In this document: in pieces, positions 40,671 to 52,680 of the stretch
Layout of the letters: each line of letters begins with the position of its first letter
Position numbering within the stretch: position 1 is the first letter of the stretch
Assembly (NCBI RefSeq): GCF_001194135.2
Contig: NC_068982.1
Coordinates: forward strand, 171,088,146-171,152,145
DNA: 64,000 nucleotides
Reading direction: 5' to 3'
From: Octopus bimaculoides
Taxonomy: Eukaryota
Program-made: the position numbers and the translations under genes
The notes under the pieces: generated by a model
Told to the model about the DNA's origin: nothing
The model's database searches: none
What the model saw: only the letters and a program-made list of their open reading frames with translations

Positions 40671-42179
40671 CATGCTTTATGACAGTGTTTGAGATTAATA
40701 TATATATATAATTGCTGCTTTTAATATTGCTCAAGTGATTTATTGTACCACCATGAATATATCTCTGGTCATATTACATCGACTTGAAAAGTCAAAGGAT
40801 TTCTGTTGCTGCACTTTGTTTTTGGCGTTGTTCTTGCGAAACATTTAATGGAATAGCCATGTCATTTTAGCTAGTGATAGGTTAGCGTGTAGAGTGGTGT
40901 ACCTTGTAGCATAATGTATATAATTGCTTATGAGATTTGTTTTTTTCAAACACAGTCAACAATTTTTAATGCTATATCTTTCATTCTTATACCCGACATA
41001 TTGCTAATTTCCATTTGATGTGATTATAATTTCGTTCGACATCCTTTCTAGTAATATTTTTGTCTGTAAGGTCAAGTTATCTATGAGATACTTAGATTTT
41101 CATTTCTCTGTTTTAATAATGATATTAGTGCATCTTGCTTCGATATTCTTTCTAGTGTGGACAGTCATGTTCTAAATTTTCCTCGTCATGTCAGTAAAAC
41201 AGTGGATTCGGTGTGGGTGTGAGGCACACTACTTATTCACCTGTTACATCTGTCTTTTCGATTATCTATGTCGAGATGATCATTTATGTAAAGAAATTAA
41301 GTTGGATAATCTAATTTCTCTTTGCTGTATGTAGGCATTATGCAAATATAATCTGAAATGCTATGTGGTCTTTTAATACTATAGTTTGAGCCTGTGATAG
41401 CGTTCTCAATGTTTCTCGAACTTGCCTCTTACGTCTTATAGAATATCAACTGCGATGCTGTTTTATGTCCAATTAGGACATTTGATGGAGAATTTCCTCT
41501 TTAGTTTGTAGTGTTTTGGTAATTTTCTTAGCTTTTAGGTCAAGCTGTGTTATTTTTATAATTGTGTTGTTTCATATGAATAAAATTTCATGTATTTAGT
41601 CACATCTCAGTACAGATCCAGAATCCCCTGAACCCCATTTGTACTGTTTGTAGGGGCTCTGTTCATGTGTGTTTCAACTGTTATCATTCTATCTTTGGGA
41701 TGATAATGGCTGATGATAATAAGTTATTCTGTTTTTAAGTCGTTATTATCCTATGTGCTTTCATTATAAGACAATATCATGTGATTCAATATCAAGGAAT
41801 CAGGGCAGCAAATTCTTCCACAAGAGACTACGTAGATGGATAATGGATATTTTTCAGTTAATTTCCATTATTATTGTAAGTATTGGAGTTGAAATGGTTA
41901 ATTACTATCGACGACAATTTATTGCTTTATAAATACTATACAATTTAATGAAATTTTGGGGCAGCTATTGAACATATGTTTATTGAAGCCCTCAATAGGC
42001 AACGCTAGTGACACTTTTTATCCAATATTGGAGCTCAACCACTCCACAATATATATTGTTTCAATAGTTTATCATTTTGTGGCGCTTGCGTTTTCTCGCT
42101 TTTCAAAAGCTTATTGCGCAATATGTGATGTGTTGTAACAAATGCAAGTCTGAGAATGGTTTCCTTTTCTGATGATATA

Positions 42180-42370
42180 TGAAGCGTATCAATACAAAGA
42201 CTTGGTTTAATGTGAACATATTTTGCTTCTTAGGGCGCATGGAGCGTTATAGGGAACGGAATTTTAGTTCACAGTCAGATATAGTTCTTTATATAGATGT
42301 GTACATGGCGAAAGCGTTTGATTTTGCCACTGTTTCTCATCATATGTTATCACAATGGTGAGACATCTTG
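42180..42370 (+). mobile_element. Decayed CR1/L2-type reverse-transcriptase fragment, within a larger poorly resolved LINE-like region ~40750-43450
   Basis: ORF 42179..42361 contains DIVLYIDVYMAKAFDFATVSHHML (compare CR1 'DVIYLDF.KAFD.V.H..L'). Confidence 0.5.
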
Positions 42371-43870
42371 ATATAACTTGTAATCATTTTCTTCCATGAG
42401 TTTTTCTCAGAGATTAGCCAGGCGATATTTCTATTTTGTCGGAAGTTTCAAAATAAGGTCACCATTTTAAGAATTTTCATGTATATGGAAAATATTTCCT
42501 GTACAGATGAATTAAGCATTTCACATGTTGCCATTACTCGTATAGTAATTTTATCGTAAGATAGTTCCTTAAAAGCGAGATACTTCATATGTGATAATCA
42601 TAATCTTCAAGCGTGATGTCCTCTGGTGAGCCTATTTTCCCTCACAGAAACTATTCCTGTCGCTTCTTCATTAATGTGAAGATATCTATTGTGTGCATTC
42701 TATAAGAGAGACGCTTTAGTGAAACTATCGATATAAATGATACAGATTTGGAAAGCAATTTTTGTGCATTTAATTTCCAAAGCATATGCGTGTGTGAGTT
42801 GGTAGAAACATAATGTTTGTGTATGTGTGAATTGTATTTTCTACATTCAATTATCTTAATTCTTCTGTTAAGGACGGAGATGGTTTTCAACAGAGCTACA
42901 AAGCTCTATCGCTGGAATATGGATAGCTAAAACAATTTCAAATTCAGAACATGGGAAAAGCATTGCATACCTTTACTCCTACGCTTACAGATTGAATCTA
43001 TCATATGCATATTAGTTGCATGATTTCTTATCCAGATTGTCCCTTACACATGTACCTCACAAGACCAAGCAAAGGAATTATTATAATGTTTATTTTTGTG
43101 TTTCTTGAAATAATAGTTATTCCAAATTTTTCAATTTTTTGTAACCCTCTATATTGAGTGTAGACTGTATTATTTTTCTTCACTTCCTTTTCTTGTCCCA
43201 TATTTCTGTACATTTTTCTATTTCTTTAAAGTTATTTGTTTTATTTGTGTATCAATTCCTTTTTCTTCTGTTTCATCTTTCTTCTAGCTGTTTGCAATGA
43301 ATTCTTGTAATATTTATAATTTATATCGTTAACAGTTTGGGACTATATCTTCCTAGTCGATATGTCAATAATTTATAAATCATCGTCGTAGTTCAATCCT
43401 GTTTTCCTTGCCACGTCACTTAACTATACTATGAAACACAAATGCACAAATTATATAATCCTCTATCAGAGGGAAGTAGTGGCACAGAGTAGTAAACATG
43501 TATACTTTAGGTGTGTCTTCTTAATTTGAAATGCTGATTTGAAATCATATAAAATATATTTCTTGTAAAAGAATGTTCTACCAGCTGACACAACAAATAC
43601 AAGTAAAACAGTTTCGTGTCTTTTACTTAGTACTAGAACAGCGCTGTTCCATTAGAACTGTGACGAAAAGTGTTCCAGTCTTGACCAACTTCTTTTCCTT
43701 CTTTCAGACATCTAGGGTTACATTATCTACTGGTCTCCCAACACATACCTGATTATTGCATTCCCTATCCTCTGTCACCCTTTATATTTCATTTATGTCA
43801 CTTCTGATTTTGTTTGGTTCTCTTGTTTCCATGTCTTACAGTTTTCGATAAATGTTTTCTCTGATACTTC

Positions 43871-44084
43871 AGATGGTGAGCTGGCAGATTCATAAGCGCG
43901 CCAGGCTAAATGCTTAGCGGCATTTTGTCCAACTTTACGTTCTGAGTTCAAATTCCGCTGAAGTCAACTTTTCCTCTTGATCTTTCGAAATCGATAAAAT
44001 GAGTACCAGTTGATCACGGGAGACGTTGTTATGGACTTATTCTCTCCCCCGTCATTGCTGGCCGTGTGTCAAAGCGTAAAATCA
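43871..44084 (+). mobile_element. tRNA-derived SINE, family A
   Basis: GGTGAGCTGGCAG...ATGCTTAGCGGCATTT...CTGAGTTCAAATTCCGC...GTCAACTTT...TCGATAAAATGAGTACCAG. Confidence 0.88.
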
Positions 44085-44220
44085 ATATGTGTTGAATTAG
44101 TAGGATCGGTGTAGGTACTGACAAAATGATTTTGCAATATTTACATACGACGCTTTCTTACTAAGTGACACTCAAAACATTGTCGTTTTGGCGTTTCATA
44201 ATTCTAGAGAGCAGTAATAT

Positions 44221-44436
44221 TCTTTTCTACTCTAGGCACAAGGCCCGAAATTTTGGGTGAAGGGAACAGTTGATTAGATCGACCCCAGTACGCAACTGGT
44301 ACTTAATTTATCGACCCCGAAAAAATAAAAAGCAAAGTTGACCACAACGGAATTTGAATCCACAACGTAGAGACAGACGGAATACAGCTAAGCATTTCGC
44401 CCGGCGTGCTAACGATTTTGCTAGCTCGCCGCCTTT
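44221..44436 (-). mobile_element. tRNA-derived SINE, family A, full length
   Basis: Minus strand starts AAAGGCGGCGAGCTAGC...CGTTAGCACGCCGGGCGAAATGCTTAGC and ends GGGCCTTGTGCCTAGAGTAGAAAAGA. Confidence 0.92.
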
Positions 44437-44964
44437 AGAAAGCAATAATATTAACTAATCAATTGCTGCTGCCAATCGCGTAATTTTTTTTAACGAAGTG
44501 AAATCTCTAATTAAGCACCTGAATTGTCAGAATGATCGATGAAGAATAATTTTCGAGAACGGAATGTCCCTTTAGAATATTGGGTGGAAATCACGCTTAT
44601 TTCTGGTCGTACTGTACAATCTTTAATTACAAGGAATTCAACATTCGGTTGTCAATAAAAAGATATTCTGACAATTATTCTGGTCTAAGAAATCAATCCG
44701 TAATACGATATAACATGATTCCAATATTGGATGCCAACATTATCCCTTAGAATTCCCTATCGTTGCATTCTAAGTTCAAATCGTGTTAATGAGAACTTTA
44801 TTGAGCTGAGAGCATGCGTGAATTGATCAAGAGCAGCAGTTCTAGTTAGAAAACACGTCTTTCTGTAACAAGCAGCACTTAGCCGAGATAACAATAAAAA
44901 AAGTAGTTCTACGCAAAAGCAATGTTCTATGCAAAGTCAACGCGCTGAGTAAGAATAGACCTTG

Positions 44965-45410
44965 TCTCTACCACCTTCTCTTCATGGATGAGTTAGAACA
45001 GTTTGTGTAAACAGAGCCTGATATAGAGAGGCTGGTTGAAACTGTACCTATATGCAGCAAGGATTTAGGAATTGAATTTGGGATCTCAAAGTGTGCGTTA
45101 CTTACTTTCAAACAGGCAAGAAGAGCAGGTTGTAAGGAAATAGAACTGCCAAACGGAAGGCGAATGGAAGACCCGGATGATGGTGGATACAAGTACTTGG
45201 GATCCTGGAGCTGGGCAATATCTTGCACAGAGAAATGAAAGTCAGGTCACCACTGCATTCTCGAAGCGCCTCAAACATCTCGCGAAGTCAAAACTCAATG
45301 CGAGGAACTATGTGATTGCCATCAACACATGTGATAGTGCTGTAGTCCACTAAAATGCACCCATTCGGAAATGGATACGAGCGGAGATTGACCACTTCGA
45401 TCGCACTATC
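44965..45410 (+). mobile_element. R4/Dong-clade internal RT fragment, older and more diverged
   Basis: HLLFMDEL (RT catalytic motif region), DLGIEFGISKCA, GGYKYLG, KSKLNARNY.IAINT, W.RAEID.FDR, across frameshifts. Confidence 0.85.
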
Positions 45411-46498
45411 TGCTGTTCAGGCCACAGTATCAGGGGCTCTACACGTACAAGATCTTTGTGCTGATTACTAATGTTATTCTTATTATAGTTGAAAGTCAGC
45501 GATTATATGTTAGCGGGGCAACTATGGCTAACATAAACTGTGTTTTTTTTTTGAAGATTTTGTGGTATTCATGTTAATGTAAAAAGTGGTTATCTATGAT
45601 TTCTAGCTATATTAGTTATATTCGAAGCCACATTCATGCTATATGGAGGAGTATTTCATAGTATTTTAAGCTGTTTGGTTCTGTATAGGTCAATTTTTGT
45701 TATGTACTATTTCTATACTTTCGTCTTTATTTAATTCTATGTTGCGTTCTTTTATTTCGTTTTGAAAGACATGTACGATGTAAAGACCAAACTATAGCGA
45801 CATCAAATTGGTCATCCCCATATTTTTTCCCCAATAGGAATTAACATGAAAATGCAATGACTCCCTTGTGTGCATCATAATGGATGTATCAGTATTAGTG
45901 ATAATCGTACATGTTTTCCTGAACTCTAGTGCCTATACCACTAAACGCACGCGTGTAAGTATGTATGTATGTATGTATGTATGTATGCATAAATATATAT
46001 ATATGAATATACGTATGCATATATAAATACACACACACACACATACACACACATACACACACACACACACACACACAAATATATATATATATTTGTGTGT
46101 GTGTGAGTGTGTGTGTGTGTGTGTTTNNNNNNNNNNNNNNNNNNNNNNNNNNNNNNNNNNNNNNNNNNNNNNNNNNNNNNNNNNNNNNNNNNNNNNNNNN
46201 NNNNNNNNNNNNNNNNNNNNNNNNNNNNNNNNNNNNNNNNNNNNNNNNNNNNNNNNNNNNNNNNNNNNNNNNNNNNNNNNNNNNNNNNNNNNNNNNNNNN
46301 NNNNNNNNNNNNNNNNNNNNNNNNNNNNNNNNNNNNNNNNNNNNNNNNNNNNNNNNNNNNNNNNNNNNNNNNNNNNNNNNNNNNNNNNNNNNNNNNNNNN
46401 NNNNNNNNNNNNNNNNNNNNNNNNNNNNNNNNNNNNNNNNNNNNNNNNNNNNNNNNNNNNNNNNNNNNNNNNNNNNNNNNNNNNNNNNNNNNNNNNNN

Positions 46499-46529
<31 letters not shown>

Positions 46530-46937
46530 CTCATACACACAACCACATACAGACATATGTATATATATGATGCAATGGTAGCACGTGTACAACTATTAAA
46601 CTGCTACAATAACTTGATTTCGAAAAGAGGCCAAAACATAATTTCCTGTCTAGTTCAGCCTAACGGAACTGCATTAACGAATTACAATTGTAAATGTCTA
46701 ATTGTTCATAGTAATCAAGTGAAGTCAGCATTTCCATTCAGAAAGCTACCAATTGGAAATCTGAATCATCATATTATTTCACTCTTAACTATTTCCATTT
46801 GAACAATTTCGGTAAAAGTTAAATATGACATGCGTTCAAAAACGGTCTAATTAGCATAACACACAACCTTTAAGTAAAGTACGTTCTGTCAAGAAATTAC
46901 TTATTTCCCACTTAAATTTGTTTTATTTCTATGAATT

Positions 46938-47137
46938 TAATCTTATTATATCTTTTGCTTGTTTCAGTTAGTAGACAGCGGTCATGCAGGGAGACGGCCT
47001 TGAAGAATTATAGTAGAGTGCATCGACTCCAGTATTTAACCCAGGTGGTTATTCCTTTTTTTTTTTGCCAAACTATTAAGTTACATAAACACACCAGCAC
47101 CGGCTGTGGGGGACAAACACAGACACAAAGACACACG

Positions 47138-47173
<36 letters not shown>

Positions 47174-47326
47174 ACACACACACACACGTATAAATATATA
47201 CAACAAGCTTCCTCAGTTTCCGTTTACCAATCCACTCACAAGGCCTTGATCGGCCACGCAGTGGGACTCAACCCCGAACCATGCGCTTGAGAAGTGAACT
47301 TCCAGCTACCCAGACAATCCTGCGTC
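46938..47326 (-). mobile_element. tRNA-derived SINE, family B, with internal (CA)n
   Basis: ...TTGTTTCAG..., ATCGACTCCAG, AAACACACCAGCACCGG, (CA)n, CAGTTTCCGTTTACCAATCCACTCACAAGG, CCACGCAGTGGGACTCAACCCCGAACCATG. Confidence 0.88.
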
Positions 47327-48852
47327 TGCAGAATTATTTAGGTTTTCATGTTTTTCACTTGATAACAAATGCACAAACCTATCGCAATGAAACACATATC
47401 TCTGATAGTTGAGGCATAATTGCTTAAAATTATTTAATGTAAGACAGTGGTTGCAAAACGAAACACTTTATTACACAAGGTGAAACCTTTTATTACACCT
47501 GAAAGAAATGACATTGCAAAAAGTTGGAAACGAAAGTTCATTTAGAAAATTTAGACTTTTCACATGTTCGTTTTAGGTTATGTAGGTTCAGTGAATATTT
47601 GTTAATACCTTTGATAAATTGTTGCCATTATTCGCTACGGATTAACATTAATCATGCAAACCTGAAATCAAATAATTTCAACTATTATTATCGCGTCTTT
47701 TGTATTTAGTACTACGTAGTGTAGATAGTACCATATTATCCAAGACGTTCCAGCTTTTAAAAAGGTTATGGCTGGCATTTCTGTAACCCACGAAAAGACC
47801 CTCGCAATTGCATATTCCAGTATGGTTTAAGTGGCCGTTCTAAATATGTTTCATATTTCTTATACTATATCCAGGACTTGCAGTGATGAGAACTAATCAA
47901 TTGAATTATTCATTCCTTAACATGATTGTACATGCGGGGTAATGCAGTAAAAACCTTTCACTATTTCTGTCAAGTTCTACCCCAGGAGGATTTTACCCTG
48001 TATCAACTGCTTACAACAACCAATCATCTATTCCCTCTTGTGCTGAGTGTAGTTTCATTCAAGCTTTAATTTTACTATGATTATTTTTACATTCCATAAC
48101 ATTCTGATATGAATATATCGATTAATAATCGTATTTGGCCGTGCTATAAAACAAGAACAAGAATGGAGTGAACAAAATACATAACGAAAATGTGCACATT
48201 TGTAAGCGCACCAAGTCTGACAAACTTTCCATCATTAGAAGCACCCTTCCTATGACTCTTGCAGCACCCTTCCTATGACTCTTCAAACGATTAATATTTA
48301 TTTGATTCTGCGTATACTTTCACTATTTCGAATAATGCCCCAGTATATTTTTCGCTGCCTATGTATCTAGCTATGTATCAATCACAGTAGGAGTTTAAAT
48401 CTGACAGTCAAACTCCGTGTGAATTATGAAGAGTACAGGCAATTCCAGCAACATTTTGCTTATACGAGAAATGTTCTGACGCTTACTTAAATTTGACACG
48501 AAACCTGAATCATTGATGCATGGAATTATTTTGTTTACTATTCCACGAAAAAGTCGAAAGAAAAGAACGAATATTATAATACTTAGATGTAAATTAAAAG
48601 ACAATATTTATAAGAGTTCGTAAATAATATCAACAAAAAATAAACGCATGTAATTTTATAATCCCAAAAAGTTTCCATCATATTTAATACGAAAAATTTT
48701 CTCGCTGTGAAGCTCATCCTGTCTTTCTGTAAACAAAAATTTGAGCAGTTTTGTGTCGTGAAGTGACTAACCTACCGTGCATGTTCACATACTACCGAGC
48801 GAGTATCGGACTCAGTAACTTGTCTTCATTCAGAGATTCCCAAATCTACCAT

Positions 48853-49543
48853 TACGATAGGCGGCTGAAAAGTTCGTAGGCTGACTCTGAAAGTGAAACG
48901 CTTGACTTGTGAAAATCTTGCATGCGTTTATTTTAACACATCTTATTAACAATTGTGTGTTTCTATTGAGATAAACTGACGTTTGAGTGGTCAAAGAAGA
49001 CTTGAAAAGTAACTAGTAGTGATTTCTCTTGAAAAGCGACAAAATTCAACATCGTGTGTTATAAAGTACCTGCAGCAAAAGGGTTTAACCCGAACAACAT
49101 TCATGCTGACACAAGTTACTAAGGCAGTTACGAAAGGCTATCAAGACCAAACGTTCAGGAAAACTGACAAAAGGGATTCTGTTTCATGAGGACTATGCTA
49201 CAGCACACACGTCCTTGGTTACAATGACTACTACTGTGCATGACTGTGCTTTTGAATTGGTTCATCACTCTCCCTATTCTCTTCATTTGGCCCCATTTTA
49301 CTATCACCCGTTTTCCAACATGAAAAAAACATATGGCTGGGAACAAGTATCGTAGTAATGATGAATCATATCTGCTATTGCTACTAATTACTTCTGAAGT
49401 CGTGTAAGAACCATCAAATGTCACTTTAAGTGGAAAGGAAAATCTGACGTTTTTCATGACTTGAAATTAACGCATGCAAAATTCCATAGCTCAAAATTCA
49501 CACCTTCATATTCAGCCAATTAACTTTTCAGTCCATCCTCGTA
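48853..49543 (+). mobile_element. Mariner (Tc1/mariner) internal-deletion derivative, ~690 bp, both TIRs and TA ends present
   Basis: Left TACGATAGGCGGCTGAAAAGTTCGTAGGCTGACT; right end reverse-complements to TACGAGGATGGACTGAAAAGTTAATTGGCTGAAT (24/34 identical). Transposase remnants DKIQHR..IKYLQQKGL, RKAIKTKR, KGILFHEDYATAHTS and HSPYSLHLAP (compare the YSPDLAP motif). Confidence 0.88.
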
Positions 49544-49544
49544 A

Positions 49545-49717
49545 TATGGGCTTCAAATTTTGGCACAAGGCCAGACATTTAAAGGGAGGGTGTAAATCGA
49601 TTAGACGGACTCCAGTACTTGACTGGTAATTATTATATCGATCTCCGAAAGGCTGAAAACAAAGTCAACATCGGCAGAATTTGAACTCGGAACGCAAAGA
49701 CGGACAAAATGACTAGC
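49545..49717 (-). mobile_element. tRNA-derived SINE, family A, head truncated
   Basis: GGCTTCAAATTTTGGCACAAGGCC...CGAAAGGCTGAAAACAAAGTCAACATCGGCAGAATTTGAACTC. Confidence 0.85.
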
Positions 49718-50060
49718 TATATTTCGTCTCTCTACGCTATGAGTTCAAATTCCACCGAAGTCACCTTCATTTCTCAGCNNNNNNNNNNTCTACGCTATGA
49801 GTTCAAATTCCACCGAAGTCACCTTCATTTCTCAGCCTTTCGTGGGGGGAAGGGGGTCGATAAGATACCATTTGAGCTACTCCATCGAAGTAGCCGGCTT
49901 TGTACCGAAGTTTGAAGCCAATTTGAAACCAATTCATCCAACTTTACGTTTTGAGTTCAAATGCTATGGAGGTCAACTTTTCACTTCAACCTTTCGGCGT
50001 CGATGAAATGAGTACCAGTCGAACGCTGGGGTCGATGTAATCGATTTACCTCCTCCTCTG
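49718..50060 (+). mobile_element. Two tandem head-truncated family A SINE copies (~49718-49930 and ~49935-50060)
   Basis: GAGTTCAAATTCCACCGAAGTCACC...GGGTCGATAAG...GGCTTTGTACCGAAGTTTGAAGCC, then GAGTTCAAATG...GGTCAACTTT...GTCGATGAAATGAGTACCAG. Confidence 0.8.
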
Positions 50061-50255
50061 AGAGGAGAACTTAAGTCGATTTGAAAACAATATTAATCAC
50101 TTGTTTGTCTGCAGAAATGTCTTCAGGTGAAAGACAAATGTAATAATAATTAAGTCACTTATAGTATATAAATTACTGCGAATTTGATACTTTTTAAAGC
50201 ATTGCTGGAACACTGGGTGGTAAAGGACATGAAAATATCTGACACTACATGTATG

Positions 50256-50634
50256 TTGGCACTCCGTCGCTTACGATGTCGAGGGTTCCAGTTGATCCTA
50301 TCAACGGAACACCCTGTTCGTGAAATTACCGTGCAAGTGGCTGAGCACTCAACAGACACGTGTACCCTTAACGTAGTTCTCGTGGGGTAATCAGCGTGAC
50401 ACAGTATGACAGGGCTGATCCTTTGAATTACAGGCACAACAGAAACAGGAAGTAAGAGTGAGGGAACATTGTGGTGAAAGAATACAGTAGGGTTCGCCAC
50501 CATCCCCTGCCGGAGCCTCGTGGAGCTTTAGGTGTTTTCGCTCAATAAACACTCACAACGCCCGGTCTGGGAATCGAAACCGTGATCCTATGACCGCGAG
50601 TCCGCTGCCCTAACCACTGTGCCATTGCGCCTCC
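50256..50634 (-). mobile_element. Young full-length tRNA-derived SINE, family C, with 14-bp target-site duplication
   Basis: Minus head GGAGGCGCAATGGCACAGTGGTTAGGGCAGCGGACTCGCGGTC with A box TGGCACAGTGG and B box GGTTTCGATTCC; TSD ACACTACATGTATG at 50242-50255 and 50635-50648. Confidence 0.93.
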
Positions 50635-51158
50635 ACACTACATGTATGACATCAGGCATAAATTCTGCATTCTCTTGATTTTAATATAAATAACAAAATA
50701 TAGCAAGCAAATTACGTTCTTGTCCAACAAGAATATAATGATTTTATCAAATATTTATATATTTGAATGTCGTGTGCAACCCTTGACATTTGATACATCC
50801 AAATACTGAACATACTGAACTCTTAATGTTACAATTCTTTATGATGGCAGTCAAATTCGATGTTTATGCTTGTTTTCAAAATCATTATATTTCCCTGTCT
50901 TAGGTCAGACGGCAATGCTGAATTTTTTTTATTCGACCAGTCTCTTGCAGGATTTCTCTGAGATGATAAAGCAGCTCTTGTTCTGGGACCCTCAAATCTT
51001 AAACTATTGAAATTTGATATCATCAATAATGTATGCCTTGCATTTTTGTATAACGACATTTTCCAGCAGATTAATACAGAGCTTGTTGTATAAGACAAGT
51101 ATTCATTTGCCAGTTTATTACATTTGACAGTATATTATATTTCTTCATTATGCTTTTT

Positions 51159-51541
51159 GTGAAGGCGTGTAACTTTGGTTAGTGTGTTTGCACATCCGAT
51201 CACCAGATTTTTGGGTTCGTTTCCCGTAACTGGCATCGTGCTGTGTTCTTTAATAGAACACTACATTTCACGCTACCCTAATACTGTGTGGGAACCGGCA
51301 AGTCCGAAAATAAACCCGACGTTTCTTCTGCGCATCATAAAAAGGCGGCGAAAAGAGGTTCACGTAAGATTTACACTCCGACCTCCTAAAACCCTTGCTA
51401 GCAAAATTTACCCAAACAAACCCATGCGTTGGAGGGTTTTCTTGGTGCAAAGGCATCATTCGCTAGGTGTCGTAGGGAATCAAATGTTGGATGCAGCAAC
51501 GCGGCGATACAGTGCATTCCCCACTACTACTACTACTACTA
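51159..51541 (+). mobile_element. tRNA-derived SINE, family D, with (ACT)n tail
   Basis: Head GAAGGCGTGTAACTTTGGTTAG...GGGTTCGTTTCCC (degenerate A/B boxes), CORE-like GTGTTCTTTAATAGAACACTACATTTCAC, and an (ACT)n tail at 51523-51541. Confidence 0.7.
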
Positions 51542-51545
51542 TTTG

Positions 51546-51576
<31 letters not shown>

Positions 51577-52381
51577 ATAATAATATTAGGGACAAAATGT
51601 TAATTAAATAAACGTTTTTAGTTTTAAATCGTATAGCTTTAACTATTACACCGGTTAAATATGNNNNNNNNNNNNNNNNNNNNNNNNNNNNNNNNNNNNN
51701 NNNNNNNNNNNNNNNNNNNNNNNNNNNNNNNNNNNNNNNNNNNNNNNNNNNNNNNNNNNNNNNNNNNNNNNNNNNNNNNNNNNNNNNNNNNNNNNNNNNN
51801 NNNNNNNNNNNNNNNNNNNNNNNNNNNNNNNNNNNNNNNNNNNNNNNNNNNNNNNNNNNNNNNNNNNNNNNNNNNNNNNNNNNNNNNNNNNNNNNNNNNN
51901 NNNNNNNNNNNNNNNNNNNNNNNNNNNNNNNNNNNNNNNNNNNNNNNNNNNNNNNNNNNNNNNNNNNNNNNNNNNNNNNNNNNNNNNNNNNNNNNNNNNN
52001 NNNNNNNNNNNNNNNNNNNNNNNNNNNNNNNNNNNNNNNNNNNNNNNNNNNNNNNNNNNNNNNNNNNNNNNNNNNNNNNNNNNNNNNNNNNNNNNNNNNN
52101 NNNNNNNNNNNNNNNNNNNNNNNNNNNNNNNNNNNNNNNNNNNNNNNNNNNNNNNNNNNNNNNNNNNNNNNNNNNNNNNNNNNNNNNNNNNNNNNNNNNN
52201 NNNNNNNNNNNNNNNNNNNNNNNNNNNNNNNNNNNNNNNNNNNNNNNNNNNNNNNNNNNNNNNNNNNNNNNNNNNNNNNNNNNNNNNNNNNNNNNNNNNN
52301 NNNNNNNNNNNNNNNNNNNNNNNNNNNNNNNNNNNNNNNNNNNNNNNNNNNNNNNNNNNNNNNNNNNNNNNNNNNNNNNNN

Positions 52382-52426
<45 letters not shown>

Positions 52427-52489
52427 ATATATATGATATTGTTAGTATCATTAATAATAGGAAGGGCTGCCAGTATCACTAAAGCGTTG

Positions 52490-52680
52490 GAAAATGATGT
52501 GTCATATTTATTCCGGCTCTTAATTTTCTGAGCTCAAGCCCTTCCGAGGTCAATGTTGCCTGTCATCCTACTGAGGGTCGCTAAATCAAAATGCCAGTCA
52601 AATACTGGAGTTAATGTAATTAACTTAACCTATCTCTAAAATTACTGGCTTCGCGCCAGATTTTGAAACAATTGTTGATT
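52490..52680 (+). mobile_element. Old family A SINE
   Basis: CTGAGCTCAAGCCC..CCGAGGTCAATGTTGCCTGTCATCCT..GAGGGTCG...AATACTGGAG. Confidence 0.7.

Larger units (their letters stand above)
3972..52381. other. Assembly gaps (N runs) at 3972-4269, 6614-7017, 11537-12380, 28585-28853, 33641-33780, 35226-35920, 37365-38217, 46127-46498, 49779-49788, 51664-52381
   Basis: N runs read directly. Most are flanked by (TA)n/(CA)n/(GA)n, as expected when a short-read assembly collapses at microsatellites. Confidence 0.99.

Noticed and set aside
47884-48046. Possible C/D snoRNA boxes (GTGATGA ... CTGA)
   Set aside because: Spacing is too long, with no terminal stem and no recognisable rRNA guide.
48240-48283. 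21-bp direct repeat AGCACCCTTCCTATGACTCTT (period 23); similar short duplications at ~14775-14800 and ~54372-54400
   Set aside because: Ordinary local slippage duplications.
49729-49837. Exact ~50-bp direct duplication (TCTACGCTATGAGTTCAAATTCCACCGAAGTCACCTTCATTTCTCAGC) either side of a 10-N gap
   Set aside because: Typical unmerged contig overlap; treated as an assembly artefact.
50560-50634. tRNA-like sequence with A and B boxes
   Set aside because: It is the head of a SINE with a TSD; no closing acceptor stem, so not a tRNA gene.
50950-51010. Plus-strand acceptor-like TTGCAG followed by DFSEMIKQLLFWDPQ, resembling kinase subdomain XI
   Set aside because: Stops after 19 codons, lacks the conserved Arg, and no other kinase exons were found in the window.
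3867-52482. Long ORFs of 120-350 aa made mostly of X
   Set aside because: They are open only because they run through N gaps.
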